Assembly: GCA_937976335.1 (NCBI GenBank) | Contig: CALJRW010000050.1 | Span: 1,335 to 65,334 of the forward strand | DNA: 64,000 bases | Direction: 5' to 3' | Source of the DNA: an uncultured bacterium | GTDB lineage: Bacteria > Bdellovibrionota_C > UBA2361 > CALJRW01 | Shown: positions 58,050 to 64,000 of the stretch, in pieces | Position numbering within the stretch: the stretch's first letter is position 1 | How the letters are laid out: every line of letters starts with the position of its first letter | Made by a program: the position numbers and the translations under genes | The notes under the pieces: model-generated | The model's input: only the letters and a program-made list of their open reading frames with translations | The model's database searches: none | Told to the model about the DNA's origin: nothing

Positions 58050-59165
58050 AGCAGTTGAACTTAAAGGTAAAAGGCAAATTAAACTAATAATAGTTGTATA
58101 CCAAACAAGTTCATCATAAGATCTAGTTGATGCTGCTATGTAACCAATTAAGTTAAGTAAAACTAAGAAAGCCAAAATCATTTTTATTCTGGTTTTATTT
58201 AGTGACTTTTCTGAAACAATAAAAGAAAGTAAATAAATAATAGAAGGTAACATAGCAAGTTGGTCGGCAGGCCAGCCGTATGGTGAAGTTAGCTGAGATA
58301 AAGGAATAACAGCAATAGTTATCGCTCTAGTCATTTGTTCATTTAAATTTTTACAAAGTAATTTTAAGCAAATAGGGACACAAATAAACATAGGAAGAAA
58401 CCTAAGAAATTTATATTGAAATCCAAAAACTTCCATAAGAAAACTACCAATAGTAGTAGTTTTAAAATAAACTGGTGGAGATTTCATGGCTTCGATATAC
58501 CAAGTCCACCCATCTGGTGCTATTAACAAAGAGGCAATAAATAAAACAGTTCCTCCAAATATAAATCCTAATATTGGCTTAAAATTTTTAATTTTTATAT
58601 CGCTTAGAAATGAGAAGAGATAGAGCAAGTAAAATGAATGAGGTTTAATTAAAGATATAGAAAGTAAACAACCCGCAAGAAAGTATTGCTTATTATCACG
58701 GAAGAGTAAGTAAGAGGTAGCTGCAAAGAGCAAGATAAAGCCGATTTGAGCCATATGTAACAAAGCCCAAAAAGGAGGGAACGCAAATAATATCATAGAG
58801 AGATACAGAAAATATTCTTTATAGCTTTTGCCAATATATTTTTTGACTAAAAAGTAAGCACAAACAACGTAAGTCAATATTGCAAGTAAGGTCCATAAAT
58901 TTTCAATAAGGTTATAATTTGAAAAAAATTTTAATGGATAAATTAGAGGAAAAATAAATGGAGGATTCCACATCCTGATAACATCATCAAAGTTTCTAAC
59001 GCTATATTGTAATGTTTCAAGGTTTTCTTTTTTGTATGGATTTAGACTTGTATCTAGTACTTTAGAGGAAGACCAGTATTGGATAAAGTCGTATTTAGGG
59101 AAGGTGAGTTGGGTTGTAGTAGTGATTGTTAAAAGGAGTATGATTAGTAGGTGTTTTTTATTCAT
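58035..59165 (-). CDS. Polytopic membrane protein (possibly glycosyltransferase, GT87/DUF2029-like)
   Basis: 376 aa, about ten TM helices. Sits in the glycan cluster. Confidence 0.35.
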   Translation of the reverse strand: MNKKHLLIILLLTITTTTQLTFPKYDFIQYWSSSKVLDTSLNPYKKENLETLQYSVRNFDDVIRMWNPPFIFPLIYPLKFFSNYNLIENLWTLLAILTYVVCAYFLVKKYIGKSYKEYFLYLSMILFAFPPFWALLHMAQIGFILLFAATSYLLFRDNKQYFLAGCLLSISLIKPHSFYLLYLFSFLSDIKIKNFKPILGFIFGGTVLFIASLLIAPDGWTWYIEAMKSPPVYFKTTTIGSFLMEVFGFQYKFLRFLPMFICVPICLKLLCKNLNEQMTRAITIAVIPLSQLTSPYGWPADQLAMLPSIIYLLSFIVSEKSLNKTRIKMILAFLVLLNLIGYIAASTRSYDELVWYTTIISLICLLPLSSTASSNS

Positions 59166-59241
59166 TTATTTTGAATTAAAAGTTTTCATGTTGAAGCTCG
59201 AAAAATTAGAAAAAAATTAATGGTGATATTATAGTTTTTTG

Positions 59242-59844
59242 CTAAAGCTTAACACCGACCATACCAATAAATAAACTATAAAAATAAACAAAGTTTTCAA
59301 TAACTTTTATTTTGCCAGAATTCTCCATGGCCTTGACTAGCTCACCTTTTGAAAAAGGCCTCCCAATCCATTCTCTCCATTTACTAGATGGCGTTAAATA
59401 ATAAGAAAAAAGTGGCCCATAAAGAAAAGGGACACCAACAAAAACATATCCACCTGGTTTAGTGAGTTCAATCATTGCATTAATTGCAGAACTCGGACTT
59501 GCAAAATGTTCTACTGAGGAGCTACTCCAAACTAAATCAAATGATTCTTTTTCTAATGGTGCTTTAAAAAGGTCACCTAATACAAAGTCAGTATTATTTT
59601 TTACTTGGTTAGAGTGTTGATACATGCTTTTGTCTATATCTAGTCCTAAACTGTAAGCTACATTGTCATATTTTTTAAATACAGAAGCTCCATATCCACT
59701 TCCACAGGCTGCTTCTAAAACCTTTGAATCACTTACATCTGATAAGCATGAGTCATAAATACGATCTATTAGTTTTTCATTTAAAGAAAATTTAAACTTT
59801 TGATAAATTTTTGTTGTTTCGCAGTATTCTAAAATTTTAGCCAT
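59242..59844 (-). CDS. Class I SAM-dependent methyltransferase
   Basis: Motif I LEAACGSGYG. Confidence 0.7.
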   Translation of the reverse strand: MAKILEYCETTKIYQKFKFSLNEKLIDRIYDSCLSDVSDSKVLEAACGSGYGASVFKKYDNVAYSLGLDIDKSMYQHSNQVKNNTDFVLGDLFKAPLEKESFDLVWSSSSVEHFASPSSAINAMIELTKPGGYVFVGVPFLYGPLFSYYLTPSSKWREWIGRPFSKGELVKAMENSGKIKVIENFVYFYSLFIGMVGVKL

Positions 59845-60631
59845 GATCTTTTCTCGCTATAAAGAAAAATGAAGTTCCAATAGGAAGTTTGACAAAGTTT
59901 AGAAGAAATAACTCTAGTTTACAAATTAAAGATAAAAGATAATTAATAGGTTTAGCAGATAATTCTAGATCTATAGGATCAGATTCACCAAACTTTTGAG
60001 TGCTATTAGGAGGATGAACTAGTTTCCAAAGACTCATAATAGGAAAAAGCAAAAAGAATAAAAAAGTGCTATGAATAATTTGTAATCTATTTTCTTTTGT
60101 TAAGATTGATATTTGTTTTTTAGAAAAACGCCTTGCAGCTCCAACAATTCTATCATGCCTACTATATAGACACTGAAAGGCAGTTGTAATTATATAGGCT
60201 TTACCAGATGATTTTAGAATTCTTGAAATTTCGCTTAGAAGTAAGCTGGGTTTAATGCTCTCTACTTCTAATACATCTATACAAAAAATAATATCAATTG
60301 AATTGTCTTTAAGTGGAAGATAATTTCCATCTCCTTGCAAGAGATTTTTACATCCACGCTTAGTTGAAAAATTGAGAGCTTCTTTTGAGTATTCTAAGCC
60401 AATAAGATTTATATTATTATTAGACAATTTTTCTAATAAATTTCCTGTACCACATCCAATGTCGAGTACAGTTAATTTAGTGCTTTCTTTTTGTATTAAA
60501 TTTTTAAAGTTTGATAATAAGACATTATTAATAAACTCATACCACCAATGCTGTTTTTCTATATTGTACATTCTCTCCCATTGGGAAGAGAGTTTATTAT
60601 TCTTCATAGATATCAGGATTGTTTGGGTCAA
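59837..60631 (-). CDS. Class I SAM-dependent methyltransferase
   Basis: Motif I VLDIGCGTGN. Confidence 0.75.
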   Translation of the reverse strand: MTQTILISMKNNKLSSQWERMYNIEKQHWWYEFINNVLLSNFKNLIQKESTKLTVLDIGCGTGNLLEKLSNNNINLIGLEYSKEALNFSTKRGCKNLLQGDGNYLPLKDNSIDIIFCIDVLEVESIKPSLLLSEISRILKSSGKAYIITTAFQCLYSRHDRIVGAARRFSKKQISILTKENRLQIIHSTFLFFLLFPIMSLWKLVHPPNSTQKFGESDPIDLELSAKPINYLLSLICKLELFLLNFVKLPIGTSFFFIARKDHG

Positions 60632-60959
60632 ATCTGTAAGATTTTAAAAGTAGAAAAGACGAATTAGAAAGATAGTGAACTTTATGCATTTCATAAGGCA
60701 TAAAAAAAATACCTTCTCCTGAGTTAAGTTCATACTCTATAAAAACATCTTTAAAAGCTTCTTTAATAGAAACTTTAGCTTTGCCTTTTGTTATAAAAAA
60801 AAAGGCTTTACACTCTTTATGATAATGATCTCCCATTTCAGAATTAGTTTTCATTTCCCCATGAATAATTGTTTCCCATGGACCTTCATTTAGAATTTCT
60901 ATAAAGGATCCTCTGTTGTCTTCTCTGATAAAGCTTGGTTTAATTATCCTATCTTCCAT
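60597..60959 (-). CDS. Cupin-fold protein (sugar 3,4-ketoisomerase FdtA / WxcM-C-like)
   Basis: 120-aa cupin (GEMKTNSEMGDHYH...) adjacent to the DegT aminotransferase. Confidence 0.4.
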   Translation of the reverse strand: MEDRIIKPSFIREDNRGSFIEILNEGPWETIIHGEMKTNSEMGDHYHKECKAFFFITKGKAKVSIKEAFKDVFIEYELNSGEGIFFMPYEMHKVHYLSNSSFLLLKSYRFDPNNPDIYEE

Positions 60960-61031
60960 ACTTATCCTTTGACGTATAGTTTACCCTCTAGGGTGCTCGT
61001 TGAAGTTTTTAATTTCCACGCGCATATTCAT

Positions 61032-61748
61032 TTAATTTGAAAGCGATCTGATTATTGATAAAATCTTAATTTTTAATATTCTAATAATATACTTACTTCC
61101 AGTGTAAAGAAAAGAAGAAATATTAGGTAGAGATTTTGAAACTCCTTTTGTTCTATCTCTAAAAGCATAGCCAACCTCTTCAATATTTAGTCCTGCTTTA
61201 TATGCGTCAAATATGAATTCAATAAAATAATCTCCATATCCATAAGGCATGATAGTTATATAGTTAAACACATCTTTTTTTATAGCGACAAAGCCACTAT
61301 CGTAATCTTTAATACCACCACCTAAGACAATATTTGCAAAACTATTTATAATTTTACTACTTAAAGTTCTGATTGGAGCACGGTTATCACTTCCTCCTTT
61401 TGCATATCGAGAACCAACTGCAATATCAGCCTTATCAAGTGTAGCTATTAGTTTAACTAGAGTGTCGACAGGCATTGTCATATCAGCATCCATCCAGCAA
61501 AGAATTTCCCCCGAGCTTTCTATAATTCCTCTGTGAAAGGCAGATGCTAATCCTCTTTTTTTTCTTTCAATTAATACAAGATTTTCATATTGAAGTTTTT
61601 TAACAATTTCAGCTGTTCCATCAGTTGAATTATCATCTACTACGATTACTTCTAAATTTTTAGGTATTTTTTTATACAACTCTTCAATTAAGGGTTGAAT
61701 AAAGTCGCACTCGTTATAAGTGGCAAGAATGACAGATATGTTTTTCAT
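61032..61748 (-). CDS. Family 2 glycosyltransferase (polyprenyl-phosphate sugar synthase-like)
   Basis: VILATYNE and VVDDNSTDGT motifs, and DAD. Confidence 0.8.
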   Translation of the reverse strand: MKNISVILATYNECDFIQPLIEELYKKIPKNLEVIVVDDNSTDGTAEIVKKLQYENLVLIERKKRGLASAFHRGIIESSGEILCWMDADMTMPVDTLVKLIATLDKADIAVGSRYAKGGSDNRAPIRTLSSKIINSFANIVLGGGIKDYDSGFVAIKKDVFNYITIMPYGYGDYFIEFIFDAYKAGLNIEEVGYAFRDRTKGVSKSLPNISSFLYTGSKYIIRILKIKILSIIRSLSN

Positions 61749-62878
61749 TGATTAAAAAAATTAATTATTGTTTTAGTAATATATTTTATCTCTTCCTCTG
61801 TCAAAGAAGCAGACGATGGTAAGCATAGTGAACTATGAGATAGCCAATCACTGATTGGGAAATTTTCAGTGAATTGTGTAGGATAATTTTCTATGATTGG
61901 ATTTGAGTATAGCGGTTGTTTATGTAGTGATTGAAAAGGTAAGCGAGATTCAATGTTATTTGAAGAAAGATAATTTCTTAGTTGTTCACGCATACTTTGA
62001 GATGGGTTTTTAAGTGCAATGACAACATTCCACCAAGAACTTTGTGTCCAGTTATCTTCTTCCTGAAATATAACTTCTTTAAGAGAGCTTAGTTCTTGTT
62101 TATAAAGTTCTGCTATTTTAATTTTTTTACTGACTATTTCATCTGCTTTTTCTACTTGTGCTAAGGCTATAGCAGCTTGAATATTAGATATTCTATAATT
62201 AAGTCCAAATGTTTTATGAATATATCTTCTATCTCCTGGTTCAAATCCATGACTTCTAATCAGTTTAAGTTTATCTGCAAGATCTTTGGAGTTGGTAAGA
62301 ATGATACCTCCTTCGCCCGATGTGAGAGTTTTAGTCGCATAAAAACTGAAACAAGCAACATCACCAAAAGAACCAATCTTTTTTTGCTTATATAGTGTTC
62401 CATGTGCTTGTGCTGCATCTTCTATAATTTTAATATTTTTAGTTTTACAAATTTCTCTTATTTCATTGATGTTACAAGCATGGCCATACATATGAACTAG
62501 AATAATTGCTTTAGTTTTTTCAGTAATTTTTTCTTCTATTAACTTAGCATCTATGCACCAATTTTTTTTATCAACATCTACAAAAACAGGTTTAGCTCCA
62601 GCAAGAATTACCATATTAGAATCAGCTATCAACGTATAGTTTGGAACAATAACTTCATCTCCTGGGCCTATATTAAGAGCGAGCAGTGCCATATGTAAGG
62701 CTACTGTGCCATTTGAACAAGATACTCCATGAGACGAGTCGCAATATTTAGCAAAAGATTCTTCAAATTTTTTAACATACGGTCCGCTAGATGAAATCCA
62801 GCCAGAATTTATACAATCAAGAACATATTTTTCTTCATTTCCATCAAGCAGAGGTAAATTTTGAAAGATTTTTTTCAT
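61745..62878 (-). CDS. DegT/DnrJ/EryC1/StrS family PLP-dependent sugar aminotransferase
   Basis: SFYATKTLTSGEGG (PLP Lys) and overall architecture. Confidence 0.85.
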   Translation of the reverse strand: MKKIFQNLPLLDGNEEKYVLDCINSGWISSSGPYVKKFEESFAKYCDSSHGVSCSNGTVALHMALLALNIGPGDEVIVPNYTLIADSNMVILAGAKPVFVDVDKKNWCIDAKLIEEKITEKTKAIILVHMYGHACNINEIREICKTKNIKIIEDAAQAHGTLYKQKKIGSFGDVACFSFYATKTLTSGEGGIILTNSKDLADKLKLIRSHGFEPGDRRYIHKTFGLNYRISNIQAAIALAQVEKADEIVSKKIKIAELYKQELSSLKEVIFQEEDNWTQSSWWNVVIALKNPSQSMREQLRNYLSSNNIESRLPFQSLHKQPLYSNPIIENYPTQFTENFPISDWLSHSSLCLPSSASLTEEEIKYITKTIINFFNQ

Positions 62879-63985
62879 CTATAACCATCTTAGTTCAAAT
62901 TGGTCATATGTCAATTTATTTGGGTACATACTTTCGATTATATTAAATATCGATATTGGTATTTTAGAGAATGATTTTGTTCTTCTTAATACAATAACAT
63001 TAATATTGAAAGTTTCAATAAGGTCTTTTATTTTTTCTGGCGTATAATTGTCATTAAAAAATTGATAGAGGTCCTTAGTGGGATTTTTTTTATTTGATAA
63101 GAAATAAACCTCTGGAGCATCTGGCATTGCTAAAATATATTCTGATTTACTTAGCTCTCTTATCTTGTTTATTAAGTTTATATATGTTCTGGCACTTTTT
63201 TGAGATACATAAATTTCGCCTTTATTTATTTTGAGTGTAGACCAGTTATCAGGCTTGAGAAGTATTACGCTTGAGCAATTTATTAGGAAAATACCTATAA
63301 ATAAAGCACCTATAATTTTTGTATATATGAGCAAATAAAAGTTAGGTATTAACTTATATATCAATGATAAAGATGAAAAGATAAAGGCACAAGAATAGTA
63401 AAAGTATTCAGGAGTAGCAAAAGGAAATTGAATAAGACTAAACCATAACATCATTGTCATTGAAGAAAATAAAAAGTTTTTATGAAGAGAGGAAAATTTT
63501 TCATACCTTAAGATATATAAACAGTATAAAGTAATAATTGGAACTGAATTTTGTAATAGAAGATAAAATACTTTAGCTAGTGAAATATTATAGAATGATT
63601 TGATAGTTATGAATGATAAAAGAAGAAAAATACTGATTTTAAAAAATTTAGAACGAATATGATTAGAAATTAAAATAAAAGAAACAAGTAAACTTGTTGC
63701 AAAAATTAAGTTTGTATATATGAAATCAAAAGTAGAAAATTTTAGTCTTAAGTTTGGTCTTATGAAAAGTCCAAAAAACAATTTGGAAAGTTTTTCAGCA
63801 TTTGGATATAGAATTATTAAAAAGCAAACAATAGGTAAAAAGAATCCTAAGAGAGTATAAAGCGTGTCTTTAGTCAAAGAAGTTAAAAAAGCTTTAGAAT
63901 TTTCTTTTTCAATATATAGCTGTCTCCAACACATAAACAAGCTCAAAATTAAAAAAGGAAAACTAAAGTGATAAAACTGAGACAC
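62879..63985 (-). CDS. Polytopic membrane protein (glycan-cluster associated; polymerase/transferase candidate)
   Basis: 368 aa, about ten TM helices. Confidence 0.35.
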   Translation of the reverse strand: MSQFYHFSFPFLILSLFMCWRQLYIEKENSKAFLTSLTKDTLYTLLGFFLPIVCFLIILYPNAEKLSKLFFGLFIRPNLRLKFSTFDFIYTNLIFATSLLVSFILISNHIRSKFFKISIFLLLSFITIKSFYNISLAKVFYLLLQNSVPIITLYCLYILRYEKFSSLHKNFLFSSMTMMLWFSLIQFPFATPEYFYYSCAFIFSSLSLIYKLIPNFYLLIYTKIIGALFIGIFLINCSSVILLKPDNWSTLKINKGEIYVSQKSARTYINLINKIRELSKSEYILAMPDAPEVYFLSNKKNPTKDLYQFFNDNYTPEKIKDLIETFNINVIVLRRTKSFSKIPISIFNIIESMYPNKLTYDQFELRWL

Positions 63986-64000
63986 TGTAAAGAAATGAGA

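Overview
This is a densely coding, low-GC (about 30%, judged by eye) bacterial window with roughly 60 protein genes on both strands. All calls come from reading the six-frame translations and the DNA; no database search was possible, so family names rest on motifs recalled from memory.

Housekeeping genes are clear: hemB, a photolyase, folC, thrS, a dihydrouridine synthase, class II fructose-bisphosphate aldolase, a split ribD, an RNase J-like MBL/beta-CASP nuclease and a DEAD-box helicase.

Embedded among them is a plasmid/chromid-style replication and partition module. It runs parB <- parA, then a 417-bp intergenic region with at least six copies of an (A)TCGTGA iteron core plus an AT-rich stretch, then a divergent 506-aa RepA-like initiator. 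Two 17-bp perfect palindromes, TGTCCCAC(A/C)GTGGGACA, sit just 3' of parB and are candidate parS sites.

Other notable content:
- a nine-gene Mrp/Mnh-type cation:proton antiporter operon with three NuoL/M/N-like subunits;
- a three-gene putative transmembrane redox module: a flavin/NAD(P)-oxidoreductase fused to a cNMP-binding domain and four 4Fe-4S motifs, a polytopic membrane protein, and a cytoplasmic FHA domain fused through one TM helix to a roughly 10-heme cytochrome c;
- an RRM domain fused to ribosomal protein bS18;
- a receiver-HisKA protein with no ATPase domain;
- a PIN/VapC-like gene with no canonical start codon, next to unknown proteins and an Arg/Gly-rich (RGG-box-like) protein;
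- a secreted protein built from tandem Cys/Asp-rich putative calcium-binding repeats;
- a PMT-family O-mannosyltransferase followed by a PA14-domain protein;
- a glycan-modification cluster (DegT aminotransferase, GT2, cupin, two SAM methyltransferases, polytopic membrane proteins);
- FliA and a type IV pilin, which indicate a flagellated, piliated Gram-negative organism. It may be a Bdellovibrionota/Oligoflexia-like or other low-GC lineage; that is a guess.

Several families of short intergenic repeats were seen directly: a 57-60-nt GC-rich hairpin element (two near-identical copies, two relatives), a 46-nt repeat (two copies), and the 10-mer AATTCAGGTT (six exact and one degenerate copy, all intergenic).

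No CRISPR array, rRNA or convincing tRNA was found.
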